Below, piece after piece: positions 1-11,005 of a stretch of 64,000 nucleotides of DNA. The position numbers were made by a program, and so were the translations under genes. Within the stretch, counting starts at the first letter, position 1. Each line of letters opens with the position of its first letter. Under the pieces are notes generated by a model. That model was not told the DNA's origin. It ran no database searches and worked only from the letters and a program-made list of their open reading frames with translations. The stretch spans positions 32,001-96,000 of IMG/VR virus record IMGVR_UViG_3300027374_000478; one strand, written 5' to 3'. The DNA comes from a virus (lineage: Duplodnaviria > Caudoviricetes).

Positions 1-442
1 GTCGATATAAATAATCTTTATTGTAAGTTCCCTCAGTATTTAGCGTTAATTTCAATGTACCAATACCACCATACTCTGTAGAACCATTAAACATTTCATC
101 AATCAACATAGAAATATAGTCACAACGATTATCTTTGGTGATTTTTCTATCCATTTTCATATGTCCATAATGGCAATAAATCCAAAACTCAAGAGAAGGG
201 TTAATAAAATACGCATTTGTGTCCCAGTTATTTTTTCTCTGAGTGTGTACCATAATTGTCATATATGTTGCTACGTTTATGACAGTATCCGGAACCTTGT
301 TAAAAGTAAAAATATGTGTATTTTCTAAATCCCCTCCATTTTCACATTCCTTTGCATCAAAAGCATAAAAAATTGTATCGTCATGTGTTATCGCATTCAT
401 GACATTTTTTTTAAACTCAGAAATACTTGTGCTGTTCGCTAT
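1..442 (-). CDS. phage virion (head-completion/tail) protein, truncated by window edge
   Basis: Open frame (M)ANSTSISEFKKNVMNAITHDD... runs off the window; SD GGAGGTGA followed by ATA at 442; position after head-completion genes. Confidence 0.7.
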   Translation of the reverse strand, partial: MANSTSISEFKKNVMNAITHDDTIFYAFDAKECENGGDLENTHIFTFNKVPDTVINVATYMTIMVHTQRKNNWDTNAYFINPSLEFWIYCHYGHMKMDRKITKDNRCDYISMLIDEMFNGSTEYGGIGTLKLTLNTEGTYNKDYLYR

Positions 443-457
443 TTTTAATCACCTCCG

Positions 458-1492
458 CTATTCGACTATATTTACTTTAATTTCTGATAGTACAGTTTCG
501 CCAGTACAGACAGATACAAAAAAAGAACCCCCAATAAGGTTCTCGTCATTAATGGAAACGGTTATTTTATTATCTGTAGCAGTCTGTTTAACATCAAAAT
601 CAGAAACTACTTTCCATTTATAATCAACATTCTGCCAGTCAACATCATTTCCATCTTCATCTGTAAAAGTAACAGTATATGTACGACTGTACCCATTCTT
701 CAAGTTGATATTTCCAGTGATCACACACCTTAAATCTGTCGTTTCATTGGGTTCTGATGGAGTTGGTGGGAGAGGAGTGTGAGAATTATTATAATTGCAA
801 ATCCATACTTCTTGTCCATTCTCCATAGTAACTTTTTTATCATCGTTTGGATTAAATGCATCAAATGACATAGTTACAATCATCGTGCCACCACGACCAA
901 AATATTGATTATCACTCAGTTTAACTTTTCTATTAGTGAGTTTATAAATATCTGGTTGTTCACTATCATCAAAGTCCATAGGGAAACGCATATCACGTTT
1001 TAGTTTTTTGGTTTCATCATCTACAGGAATAGTTAATCCATATTGGTTATCTCCAACAGTAATAGTGTTGTTTCCTGTAACGCCATTTGAATATTTTGTA
1101 AAATCTTCTGCATAAACGTAGCGTTCAATAATTTTACCATCTAAATTCTGCCATCTGAGAGGAACAGTGCAAAGATACATATAACCAGAATGATATGTTT
1201 TATCATCAGTATCAACCAAAGTAACAAGCCATATCTGATTATTCCACTCAATATAATCGCCAAGATTAAACGGCTCAGAAGGTCTTGATTTTATCTTTTT
1301 CTTAAATGTATTATTATCTGTATCTTTAATAATCAATAGTTCAAATGGTTCACCATTTCTTTTTACAACATGATAATCAATCGTATCATCAAAACACTCA
1401 TCTACATGACGGTTTAATAAATACAAATCAGTTTCTTGTCTGCTTTTTGATTTATATGTATTATTGATTTTTTGGAAGTAACTAATATCCAT
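458..1492 (-). CDS. SPbeta-like head-closure/virion structural protein
   Basis: 344 aa ORF with GGAGG SD, in the structural cluster downstream of the capsid gene. Confidence 0.6.
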   Translation of the reverse strand: MDISYFQKINNTYKSKSRQETDLYLLNRHVDECFDDTIDYHVVKRNGEPFELLIIKDTDNNTFKKKIKSRPSEPFNLGDYIEWNNQIWLVTLVDTDDKTYHSGYMYLCTVPLRWQNLDGKIIERYVYAEDFTKYSNGVTGNNTITVGDNQYGLTIPVDDETKKLKRDMRFPMDFDDSEQPDIYKLTNRKVKLSDNQYFGRGGTMIVTMSFDAFNPNDDKKVTMENGQEVWICNYNNSHTPLPPTPSEPNETTDLRCVITGNINLKNGYSRTYTVTFTDEDGNDVDWQNVDYKWKVVSDFDVKQTATDNKITVSINDENLIGGSFFVSVCTGETVLSEIKVNIVE

Positions 1493-1506
1493 ATCCAGTT
1501 ACCTCC

Positions 1507-2001
1507 TTAGTCATCGTATTGGCTGTAATTGATTGTTTTCCGCTTACCAGTTTTTCTATCTGTAGAAATATATCTTGATATATCGTTTCTGTTTTCTGCT
1601 TTAATTCTCGCCAACATATTTTCAAATGAGGCACGTTCATTAGCAGGAGAGAATTGGTTAAGATCAGATGGAGTCATACGAATTTTAAATGCTTTCAAAA
1701 GTGCTTCATCTCTTTCAAAATACACTTCATACATAAGCGAAGCCAACAATCCAATTTCCCGTTGCGTCAACTCGAAACGAAACATTTCTAACTCATCATC
1801 ATAATTATAAAAATCAACATCTGGCTCACATTTAGAAACCAATAAATCAATTGCATCATATAAATAACCTGTTGCCTGTTCCATTACAAGAGATTGTACT
1901 TCTGAAACAGACACATTATAATATGAAAAGAAATCTTTATCTTTTTCAATTTTTCTAAGTAATCTTGATATTACTTTTTCAAAAGAAGTTGTCTGTCCCA
2001 A
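1507..2001 (-). CDS. putative head-tail adaptor
   Basis: 164 aa, SD GGAGG + TTG start, synteny with SPbeta-like head module. Confidence 0.55.
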   Translation of the reverse strand: MGQTTSFEKVISRLLRKIEKDKDFFSYYNVSVSEVQSLVMEQATGYLYDAIDLLVSKCEPDVDFYNYDDELEMFRFELTQREIGLLASLMYEVYFERDEALLKAFKIRMTPSDLNQFSPANERASFENMLARIKAENRNDISRYISTDRKTGKRKTINYSQYDD

Positions 2002-2031
2002 TTACAATACCTCCTCTAAGTCGTAGACTTT

Positions 2032-2730
2032 TTAGGTCTTCCAGCTTTTTTTCTTTGGGGGTGTAGAATCGGCAACAGCGTCTTCCTTAATCGTATTTTC
2101 AGATGTGATTGAAGTAGAAGTATTCTGCATGGACATCATCTGTTCCATCATCTTTTTCATTTCATCCAACTGATTCTGCAAAGCTGCATTCTGAGCAGAC
2201 AGTTCCTTGACCTCATCAGGTGTAGCATAAGCCTTATTAGTATCTTTCTTGGTAAGAACAATAGAACTCTTACGCTGTCTATTGCGAAGCTCATCATATC
2301 TCTGTTCAACAATTCTGCTTACTTTAGTAGTAATGTCAACACCTTGTTTCATCAGTTTGAACATTATAATACGGACTCTATCAAAATAAGTCTGATTTTC
2401 AATATTTATAATTTTCTGTAATCCTTCCATAGTAGGATTTGTCAAAATATCAGCAATATCTTCATTAGAAAGAATATCCTGCCAATTTGCAATACGAAGT
2501 TCCTTAAATACTTCTTCTTTTACATCTTCATCAAAAGTTAGCCATCCAGTCACAATAATATCTGTATTACTACAAATATTCTGCAATTCGCTTAAACTAA
2601 TAGGGATCACAGATGGTGTTTTACCGTCCCTAGAAGCGTTGAATTTATAGTGTTCTTTTGAACTGTCTACAAATACTTCATTTTCGTTATAATTCAAAAC
2701 ATTGATATTCTGTGTATCAATTTTAGACAT
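2032..2730 (-). CDS. SPbeta YonA-like protein (coiled-coil C-terminus)
   Basis: AAGGAGG SD before ATG 2730; directly downstream of capsid gene. Confidence 0.55.
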   Translation of the reverse strand: MSKIDTQNINVLNYNENEVFVDSSKEHYKFNASRDGKTPSVIPISLSELQNICSNTDIIVTGWLTFDEDVKEEVFKELRIANWQDILSNEDIADILTNPTMEGLQKIINIENQTYFDRVRIIMFKLMKQGVDITTKVSRIVEQRYDELRNRQRKSSIVLTKKDTNKAYATPDEVKELSAQNAALQNQLDEMKKMMEQMMSMQNTSTSITSENTIKEDAVADSTPPKKKSWKT

Positions 2731-2908
2731 ATTTCCGATACCTCCTTTATAATTAGTGCGAGTTGGACATATGCCCAAAACCAACCCACGGTATCCCATT
2801 TATATAAAATCAGGAAGAGGGCAGTGGGTATCTGCTTTTCGTGAGCGACACTATCTTCCTGATTTTAAGCATAAAAATAGACAGTGTCTTTTCTAATATC
2901 CAAAAGGA

Positions 2909-3904
2909 TTAATTAGTAAGAACCATCTTGTTACAATTTTCGATATTGGTAATACCAACAGAATAAGTAAAGTCCTTAACTCTGATGATAACCTTCTCAT
3001 TAGAGTTGTCTAAATCTTCATATGTATGAAGTTCACCTTTCATATCCAGACCGCCAATTTTACCAGCCACACCGAAGATACGAAGGTCAGGTAACATAAG
3101 CTGACCCTTGCCAGTTTTCTTTGCACCAGAGATGGAAGCAATACGAACGCCATCAATGAAGTCTACAAGACCATAACGGTTAAATCTATCCTTCATATCA
3201 TTGCTCATATACTGCGTACGACCATCCATTCTACCAAGAGCCTGTGCATATTTGCTAAGACAAACAGCTACAGCAGCAGGATCTCTATCAAGCAAATACA
3301 AATTAAATGCATCCATGGCAGTCTGAGTAGGAACCTTACCACCGGCTGTTACTAACTGCTCACCACCTACAATTGCATTGTCAATCATAGAAAATACATC
3401 ATAGAAGAGTGCGTTCTGCAATGCTTCCTTTGCATAAGTGGTAAGAGTGGCAACAGACTTAAATCCGTTCTTTCTCAGATCCACATAGGAAAGGTCTGTT
3501 TCAATCTGACGGTTTCTCACAATAGGATTAACTGCTGTGAAGTCAATGTAACTTCTATCTACAGTACCGCCCTTTGCGGCTTCGTGCGCTTCAAGTGTAT
3601 TCTTTGGAGTCTTGGTGAATTCCTCATCATCAAACTCTCCGATAGAACCCCTGTCAAACATGGAATCAAGCAGTTCGTCAGGAGCATTGTAAATCTCCTC
3701 ATTAACTACCTTATTAACAAAGGCTGCGATTTCTTTTTTCTCATCGCAGCCCGTTTTTCCGATTTCTTTGCACCATGCATCAGAAATTTCATAAATTTCC
3801 TTTTCCTCTGTACTAAGATTTCTCTTATATTCTACTTTTTCAGCAACGTCATACATAACGCCTGGCTTTTCCATAAGTTCAGCAACTTCAATTTTTAAAG
3901 ACAT
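2909..3904 (-). CDS. major capsid protein (YonB-like)
   Basis: 331 aa, position after scaffold and decoration genes, strong SD. Confidence 0.8.
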   Translation of the reverse strand: MSLKIEVAELMEKPGVMYDVAEKVEYKRNLSTEEKEIYEISDAWCKEIGKTGCDEKKEIAAFVNKVVNEEIYNAPDELLDSMFDRGSIGEFDDEEFTKTPKNTLEAHEAAKGGTVDRSYIDFTAVNPIVRNRQIETDLSYVDLRKNGFKSVATLTTYAKEALQNALFYDVFSMIDNAIVGGEQLVTAGGKVPTQTAMDAFNLYLLDRDPAAVAVCLSKYAQALGRMDGRTQYMSNDMKDRFNRYGLVDFIDGVRIASISGAKKTGKGQLMLPDLRIFGVAGKIGGLDMKGELHTYEDLDNSNEKVIIRVKDFTYSVGITNIENCNKMVLTN

Positions 3905-3938
3905 ATATATGTTCTCCTTTCAAATCTTCTGTTTATTA

Positions 3939-4406
3939 TTAAGAATTAGCAACTGCTGTATCAGAAACCTCGATTACAGCCAGCTTGTGACCATTATCAG
4001 TCCAGAAACCCTTAAACACATATCTGGATGCCGCCGTTGCTTTAGCCAATTTACCATCGGTTCCTGCTGCAACACGAACACCTTCTGTAAGTCCAGTTTC
4101 GGTATACTGGTCAGTTGCAAATCTTTCCCCAGGATAATAAGCAATTAGCTTCCCAAATTCATTTCCCTTAAGTGTTACAAAATCCTCATCATAATCGGAC
4201 ATATCACCTCTTGCGGCATTAATACCACTAGGAACACGTTCCTTATCTACGAAAAATACATCTGTTGCAGTAGCGGCAGATGCAAACTCAAAAGTCTTGT
4301 TCGTCTCATTCTTAACAACCGCCATACCAGTTACAATTTTCTCTTCACCAGCCTTATACATAGAATTCGCTGGCTTGTCTTTAGTTACCTGTAATTCTCT
4401 AAGCAT
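3939..4406 (-). CDS. capsid decoration/cement protein (YonC-like)
   Basis: 155 aa beta-rich protein (GERFATDQY) between scaffold and capsid genes. Confidence 0.65.
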   Translation of the reverse strand: MLRELQVTKDKPANSMYKAGEEKIVTGMAVVKNETNKTFEFASAATATDVFFVDKERVPSGINAARGDMSDYDEDFVTLKGNEFGKLIAYYPGERFATDQYTETGLTEGVRVAAGTDGKLAKATAASRYVFKGFWTDNGHKLAVIEVSDTAVANS

Positions 4407-4420
4407 ATAAAATATCCTCC

Positions 4421-5977
4421 TTATTTCCTTAAAAAGTTTCTCATAATAGATGCACCGTCCACGACTTCATCTTCGGTGTTTAAATTTGAAGCTACATGAA
4501 CATCATTTTTTGTTTCAGAAGTTTCGACCTCTGTTTCATTTTTCTTATCTACGGATGCAGACAATCTCTCACCGACAATAGCCATAAGAGATTTCTTATC
4601 CAGATTTTCAACATATCCAGAAAACTCTTCTGATTTTTCAATTTCTTCTCTTGTAATCTGACCAGACTTAACAACAGAAGCAATCAAATCTTCCTTCTTC
4701 TGCGCCAATTCAGCAGCCACTTTTTCCTGTTCCATCTGTGTGAATTTTTCTTTGTACTGAGACAGTTCAGTGTTCTCAGATTTAAGAGAAGTGATTTCAG
4801 AACTTGCCTTTACAATCAGATCATCTTTTTCTGCAATCGTCTTTTCGTATTCAGAAACAGTAGTGTTAATATCCTTAACAGATACAGTCAAAGATACTTT
4901 CTCTGGCTCAGATACAGTTACCACATCATTTTCAACTGTATATGTAAATTTGAGATAATCTAATTCAGACTCACCATCGTACTCACACCATACTTCATGT
5001 TCCTCTGGGAACAAATATGCGACCCAACACCAGTCATCATATTTATCTCTACATGCTTTTGAAATTCGTACCCTTAAATCATAAGAAGTAAGCGCAGACG
5101 TTTCAGTAGATGCGCTATCATCAGTTACATCCTTTTTATCTTCTTTAACTTCTGCTTCAGCAGTATCGCTTTCAACATTAGTATCAGTTGCGGCATCAGA
5201 TACGTTTTCGGTATTTGTTGATACTTCTTCCGCACTATTGTCAGAAGATAAAACAGTATTTTTGTCTTTCTTCAAACTATTTTCCTCCTTTTCGGGTTCA
5301 TTGTTTATGTCAAAAGTTCCTGTTTGATTTTCAGATAAATCAAGACTTAGAGCTTCTGCAACCAGTAATTCATCTTCACTAAGAGAAGATAGTGATATTG
5401 CTTTTGATGTGCCATTATAAGCAGGGGTAGTGGTGCTACCCAAGAAAGTATTAGCCAAGAAAGCATAATCTTTAAGAATTTTTACACCTGTTTTATACTC
5501 ATATTCAGAAGTAGAAATCTCCCAACTTGAATTTAAGCCACCATCAGATTCATATAATCTTTTGACAGCAGCAATCATATTAGAGTTTCTTTTCCATATA
5601 CGACATTTAGCAAATAGGCATGGAAGAGTTTTAGTGTCACCAGAAACAGTGGTCACGGTATCATCTTTAATTTCAATAGAAATATGTGTGCCGATGCTCT
5701 CAGTGAGAAATTCTACTTCTCCATTTGGAAGAACGTGCATTTCGTGACTTCCAAGGTCATCCATGTTATTTATTTTTCTATACTTTGCTTGCACTGGCAT
5801 ATTAATAAGAGTCTTAGCGTTTTCTAAGGCAGACTCTTCAAAACCTTTATATGGGAGCATTACATTATTCAAGTTTTTATCATCGTAGTAGCAAAGCCTG
5901 TTAGTAATCTCCAAATATAAATCGTTCTCAGCAATATCAATGGCTTTAGATGAAAAACATATTTTTTCAAATTCCAT
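4421..5977 (-). CDS. prohead protease/scaffold (YonD-like)
   Basis: N-terminal globular domain (NLNNVMLP...SSWEI) then acidic linker and coiled coil; follows portal. Confidence 0.7.
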   Translation of the reverse strand: MEFEKICFSSKAIDIAENDLYLEITNRLCYYDDKNLNNVMLPYKGFEESALENAKTLINMPVQAKYRKINNMDDLGSHEMHVLPNGEVEFLTESIGTHISIEIKDDTVTTVSGDTKTLPCLFAKCRIWKRNSNMIAAVKRLYESDGGLNSSWEISTSEYEYKTGVKILKDYAFLANTFLGSTTTPAYNGTSKAISLSSLSEDELLVAEALSLDLSENQTGTFDINNEPEKEENSLKKDKNTVLSSDNSAEEVSTNTENVSDAATDTNVESDTAEAEVKEDKKDVTDDSASTETSALTSYDLRVRISKACRDKYDDWCWVAYLFPEEHEVWCEYDGESELDYLKFTYTVENDVVTVSEPEKVSLTVSVKDINTTVSEYEKTIAEKDDLIVKASSEITSLKSENTELSQYKEKFTQMEQEKVAAELAQKKEDLIASVVKSGQITREEIEKSEEFSGYVENLDKKSLMAIVGERLSASVDKKNETEVETSETKNDVHVASNLNTEDEVVDGASIMRNFLRK

Positions 5978-6147
5978 TAATCACATTCCTCGCTTTCAAC
6001 GATTCCTAATTCAATTCCCGTTTTCTGAAATAATTCATTTTGGGAAATCTTATTTTTATCCAATAAAAAGGCAGTAGCATTACCACTACCATCAATAGAT
6101 ATTTTTATTTGTTTGCCACAACAGGGGCAATTAACTGTATAATCCAC
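5977..6147 (-). CDS. small Cys-containing protein (56 aa, CPCCG)
   Basis: GGAGG SD + GTG; stop overlaps the next ATG (TAATG). Confidence 0.55.
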   Translation of the reverse strand: MDYTVNCPCCGKQIKISIDGSGNATAFLLDKNKISQNELFQKTGIELGIVESEECD

Positions 6148-6149
6148 TA

Positions 6150-7796
6150 TTACAATGCCTCCTGTCTGGTCTTATCATATTGTTGCTTGACTTTATTGTT
6201 AGAATCAGCAGGGCGACCACCCTTATTATCTTCTGGATTCCGTTTCTCAGAATTAGTGTACTGACTTCCATGAGGCTTAAATATTTCATCATATTTTTTC
6301 TCATTTTCCATTGTACGTTTCTGTACTTCGTCATTGATATCCAATCCAAGAATTTCAAAAGCAGTAGCATAGGAACAGTTCATTGTACTGAATAGAAGAG
6401 TAGCCAATGAATGTTTTAATTCCGCTTCTAACTGTTCTGTATCAATAACATTTACATCAGGCGTATAATCTAATGGATATCCATTATCCAAAATAATCTG
6501 ACGATACCACTTCTTCAAAATGTCTTCTAATTGTTCAGATATTGCGTTGATTGTACGCATAAGCTGTGTCACAGAAATAGAAGCAGTAGAAACAGACTGT
6601 GATCCGCTGTCCATCAAAAATTGTATTCCAAGAGTAGACAACACCTTTGAACGATAAATATTATAAGTGTCCTTAGAAGTCATCTCCACTTTTGGTTCTA
6701 CATAAGAAATCTCCTCAACGGTAGGAGGAGAAGTAACAACGACTGTATTCTGCTTAAAAGCATCCATAAAGTTAGAGTGTGCATAACTTACTTCTGGGAA
6801 GAAATCTTTATTGTAGTCCTGTCCCATAGTTTCTTTGCGCATTTTCTGATGAATAATCTTTTTGGCTTTTGCCTTACTATTTATCCTGTCTGAATCCGCA
6901 AAAGTATCAAGCATACTCAAATCTGTATATGCTCTTAAAATAGGAGAAACACCATATTTACGGTTAAGATTATTGATACGGATAATGCCGGTGTATTTAT
7001 GGTCTAAAACAGCATAGTCCTCTTTATTAATGAACGCTTCATAGACTTCTTTTGGATAACTGTTCTTTACTTCTTCTTCCATATTTTCAAACATCAAAGG
7101 CTTTTTCTTCTTGGTTTTCCGATATACCTTTTGAAGTCTTTTGCGTAATTCTTTAATATTAAACCATATTACAGGCTCTCCGTTTATCATTGTCTCTGTG
7201 ATTTCACAAACACCCAATGGGTAAATATCTACGGTATAATTATCTTTATCCTCGTGACGCAAATAAGAAATCCAGTTACCCTCAACATAAGAAGTGGTGA
7301 TTGCGTTTCTGGTCAACTGCTGTACTTTGATAGCACTATTAAAACCCTTAATAAACCGTTTACATTCATCTAACTTTTTTTTCTTATTTCTTCCTTCATC
7401 AACATTTCCGTATGTAAGTTTAATCTCTGTATTGATATTTGTATCAATTGATTCTACCGTCTTTCCAACAATATCATTTTTGTTAATGAGTTTTCTATTA
7501 TAGGCATTTATCCTTAAAACCTTATTCAAATCATTCTGTGTATTAGTGGAAAGTTCTTCGATTTCCTCAACAGATATTGATTTAGATGGTGATATACCTT
7601 CATTAAGATATACAGAATACTTTTTGTTCTCTGGGTCATACTGGCTTAATGCAAGCTGGAGTTTCTGGTCACGAATTGATAATGGGGTAGTAGCAACTAC
7701 TGTACCATCATCTGTTTTAGAAACAAAGATAACATCAAAATCTTCATTAGATTGTTCCTGAATATTATCTGTTTCAGATTTCATTTCTTCTGACAT
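6150..7796 (-). CDS. portal protein (YonE-like)
   Basis: 548 aa immediately after terminase; YGVSPI motif, C-terminal GGRP. Confidence 0.8.
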   Translation of the reverse strand: MSEEMKSETDNIQEQSNEDFDVIFVSKTDDGTVVATTPLSIRDQKLQLALSQYDPENKKYSVYLNEGISPSKSISVEEIEELSTNTQNDLNKVLRINAYNRKLINKNDIVGKTVESIDTNINTEIKLTYGNVDEGRNKKKKLDECKRFIKGFNSAIKVQQLTRNAITTSYVEGNWISYLRHEDKDNYTVDIYPLGVCEITETMINGEPVIWFNIKELRKRLQKVYRKTKKKKPLMFENMEEEVKNSYPKEVYEAFINKEDYAVLDHKYTGIIRINNLNRKYGVSPILRAYTDLSMLDTFADSDRINSKAKAKKIIHQKMRKETMGQDYNKDFFPEVSYAHSNFMDAFKQNTVVVTSPPTVEEISYVEPKVEMTSKDTYNIYRSKVLSTLGIQFLMDSGSQSVSTASISVTQLMRTINAISEQLEDILKKWYRQIILDNGYPLDYTPDVNVIDTEQLEAELKHSLATLLFSTMNCSYATAFEILGLDINDEVQKRTMENEKKYDEIFKPHGSQYTNSEKRNPEDNKGGRPADSNNKVKQQYDKTRQEAL

Positions 7797-7817
7797 TCTC
7801 GTTTATCACCATCCTTT

Positions 7818-9653
7818 CTAAAAATCTATACTTGACGCAAATGTTGGAGCAGAAGAGTAATTTACTTTTGGTTTATCTGTCGTAACAGTTTGTCCACGCC
7901 TTAAATCATACAAATAATGTGCCAACATGATGACAGTATAAAAACGGTCATCATGCATTTTTGATTCTTTGTCTTTTGCTAAAGCATAACTTTTTGAGGT
8001 TTTTTCTGCATTTTCATACTTGTATATAGAAGTAATCTCACTTTTCATCAAATCTATATTGGCTAATGTAAGAATTTCTTCATCTGACAACTGATAGTTT
8101 TCAATTGTTTCAGTATCATCATCCTCTTTTTTGGCCATAGCAATAAATTCCTGCTTAAACTCATATGGGAATTTAATTACGCCTAAATTCATTAATTCTA
8201 TGAATTCATCAACCATCTGAGTCCTATATTTTTTGGGGTTAATAAGCCTTAATTTATCTATTGCATTGGGATAAAGCTGTTCATAACCTTTGTATATTTC
8301 ATGCGATTTATCAATTAACCCACGGTGCTTTCTGCCATCACGCCCCACCCAATCATTTAATAAACCATCTGCATAAGTAGAGGTTCCGCCTCCACCTGCA
8401 CCTTGATCAATCAAAAGAATATCTATGTTCTGATAATCATTGTGCATACCATTATATATGTCAAGATAATTTCTGATTTCTTCCAACTGTCTGTTAGAAT
8501 CTAATTTATATCCTTTCTTGCTTGTTTGGTCTACAAAGTTTACACAGTTTACAATTTCGCCCATGTACCCATAATTTTTATCATTGATAATATTCATAGC
8601 ACTTAAAATAGAATTATCAAGTGTACGAGCAGGATCTAATGCTAAAGCAATTCTTGTATTTGGTTTATAACATAGCTGTGGAAGATAGAATGATTCATTC
8701 CTACGAATGGTTCCCCATTTTACAATCTGATTTACACCGCCATCACGAGTAGGCTGGTTGTAATATTCACGAAGAGCCTTTTCACGATTTGCTTTCATTG
8801 CTGCATCAACTTTATCTTGCGTAAGAAGGGCAGTATATGGCTTTCCCTCCATAAAAGTTTTTATTGCGGTATCACAAATCATATCTACCACTATGTAATC
8901 TCTATCTCCGGCAATCATCTTTTTGGTAAAGTTCTTATAATGCTGATAGAAGATTTTGCTCATATCGTCCTGTGAAGAAGCATATACAAGCTGAGTAGGA
9001 CATTTTCTTTTTAATGTCTCTGGGTTAAAATCCTTTGCAACAGAAGTTTTAAATTCTGTATTCTGGGTAGCAAATGCTTCACAGACGGCAATTAATTCAT
9101 CAGATGAGAACGCTGCCTCATCAAAGAAAACTAAAGTAGCACGTCTACTTCTGTTATTATCAGGATTTCCGTTAAGGGTAAAAATTTCACTACCATTATA
9201 AAACTCAACATGAAATCCAGATTGAGCATGACCAAAACCTGTTTTATTATTTCCAGATTTTTTTGTTTCCTTTTCAACAATATCTTTTAATGAATCAATT
9301 GAAGCTGCCGTTTTTCCAATCCGTAATACAATTTCTTCAATTTTAGAGAATGTTTCTTTTGACTGATCACCGACAGAAGATACAATATAAATGGCTTGAT
9401 TCTCATATAAGATTGCCTTCAAAATCATAAATATTGCGCCTAAGAAAGATTTGCCAAAGTTACGGCTACAACACCATAAAACGTGAGGCTTATTCCAACT
9501 GGCTTGCAATATATATTTTTGACTATCTATGAGCTTTATACCCAACAGTTCTTCACAGGCGATACATGGATTTCTGCGATAAAACGCAATGCTTTCAGAA
9601 TCTAATTCACAGATACGTTTTTTCCTTTCGGACATTAATTTATAATACGCCAT
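7818..9653 (-). CDS. terminase large subunit (YonF-like)
   Basis: Walker A SRNFGKS, Walker B VFFDEA, nuclease LALDPA...HDDRF. Confidence 0.92.
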   Translation of the reverse strand: MAYYKLMSERKKRICELDSESIAFYRRNPCIACEELLGIKLIDSQKYILQASWNKPHVLWCCSRNFGKSFLGAIFMILKAILYENQAIYIVSSVGDQSKETFSKIEEIVLRIGKTAASIDSLKDIVEKETKKSGNNKTGFGHAQSGFHVEFYNGSEIFTLNGNPDNNRSRRATLVFFDEAAFSSDELIAVCEAFATQNTEFKTSVAKDFNPETLKRKCPTQLVYASSQDDMSKIFYQHYKNFTKKMIAGDRDYIVVDMICDTAIKTFMEGKPYTALLTQDKVDAAMKANREKALREYYNQPTRDGGVNQIVKWGTIRRNESFYLPQLCYKPNTRIALALDPARTLDNSILSAMNIINDKNYGYMGEIVNCVNFVDQTSKKGYKLDSNRQLEEIRNYLDIYNGMHNDYQNIDILLIDQGAGGGGTSTYADGLLNDWVGRDGRKHRGLIDKSHEIYKGYEQLYPNAIDKLRLINPKKYRTQMVDEFIELMNLGVIKFPYEFKQEFIAMAKKEDDDTETIENYQLSDEEILTLANIDLMKSEITSIYKYENAEKTSKSYALAKDKESKMHDDRFYTVIMLAHYLYDLRRGQTVTTDKPKVNYSSAPTFASSIDF

Positions 9654-10743
9654 CTTCAGCACCGTCCTTTATCTTTAAAAGTTCCGAATTTAACGCATCA
9701 ACAGTAATTAATAACTGACGTACCTGTTCCTTTTTATCATCTAATTCTTTATATAAATCATCAATTAATTTTAGTTGATTTTCATATACTTCTTTTTTAT
9801 CATTTTCATCAAATAAACAGTGATCCAATAAAGCCTTTTGTGATACAGATATTGCCCATTGTGTTCCTTCTCCACGAAGCTGATCATAATAGTCTGCTTC
9901 TGCTTTATCAAAATTCTTTTCCCTTAAATCTCGCATAAGGTATGTAAGTGTAGATTTACCAACATCCTTATTTGAACGGTTCTTTACCGAAATCTCATTT
10001 TCCTTTGCAATTTTATCGTTACTTGCAACTAAATCCTTTTTTATTGTATTTAGTGCTTTTATATCATTTGCATCTTTAATTGGGTCAAGGTTTGCAATTC
10101 TTTTATCGCACACATGAATTTGCTTATTATTATTAACAATCTGCAAAATTTGGGACAACTTATAAGCATCTTCAGCAGAATCTTCGTCATCTAAATATGG
10201 AGTCAATTGATTGAATAAGAACTTGCGATCTTCTTCTGGATAATCTTCAAAAGGGTCATATCCAATAATTTCAATTGCATAATCTCGATTTTGAGCATCC
10301 TGTTTAGACCATTTTATTTCTTTTTCTTTCTCATAATCATTTTTTGATTTTCCAACTTCATTATTTAAAATTGATTGAGAAAAATCCTGATATTGATACT
10401 GCCTACCATTTATTTGCCTTAGATACAAGCCCATGCTAAAGTTATTATTATTTTTAATGATAGAATCATAAAGAGAGTAGTAGTATGGGATATCTAGTTT
10501 GTAACACATAAAAATACACGCTGTATTTGTACCATATTTTTTCTCATAAGAAGAAAACATATCACCTACACATTCCTTACATAAAGGAACAAATTTAGAA
10601 TTTTTCTCAAATGATTCTGACCAGGGAGATTTAAAAAAATGCCCAACTGGATTCTCCCAAACTTTTCCGCACCGAAGGCATCTATATTCGTGAGAATCGT
10701 CAAAATTATCAGATGCATCGGCAACTTTGGCTTTTCTCGCCAT
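9640..10743 (-). CDS. putative terminase small subunit (YonG-like)
   Basis: CxxC...CxxC Zn finger, overlaps the large-subunit start. Confidence 0.55.
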   Translation of the reverse strand: MARKAKVADASDNFDDSHEYRCLRCGKVWENPVGHFFKSPWSESFEKNSKFVPLCKECVGDMFSSYEKKYGTNTACIFMCYKLDIPYYYSLYDSIIKNNNNFSMGLYLRQINGRQYQYQDFSQSILNNEVGKSKNDYEKEKEIKWSKQDAQNRDYAIEIIGYDPFEDYPEEDRKFLFNQLTPYLDDEDSAEDAYKLSQILQIVNNNKQIHVCDKRIANLDPIKDANDIKALNTIKKDLVASNDKIAKENEISVKNRSNKDVGKSTLTYLMRDLREKNFDKAEADYYDQLRGEGTQWAISVSQKALLDHCLFDENDKKEVYENQLKLIDDLYKELDDKKEQVRQLLITVDALNSELLKIKDGAEDGVL

Positions 10744-10807
10744 ATAAACACCTTCTTTCAAAATTATTTGTTCAACTAAAAAAAGACAGCTGTGATGACT
10801 GTCTGAA

Positions 10808-10876
10808 AACACATAGAAAGAGTCGGACTTTCATTTTCGAGTGGAATCGAATGTCTTGCCGTTGGACGATATGTGT
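10808..10876 (-). tRNA. degenerate tRNA-Gly(TCC)-like element
   Basis: Acceptor ACACATA/TATGTGT, D arm GTC-CAACGGCAA-GAC, anticodon stem TTCGA/TCGAA with only a 6-nt loop TTCCAC, T arm GAAAG-TCCGACT-CTTTC, U discriminator. Confidence 0.55.
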
Positions 10877-11005
10877 GGGAATAATTTTATTTGTTTAAAT
10901 ATTAGTATATTTATTTATTTGGTTTGTTTGTACATTAATCTGTGCTATAATTAAACTAAAACAAGTTACCAAACGATAATTTTTACAAAGTATAAGGTAT
11001 AAATA

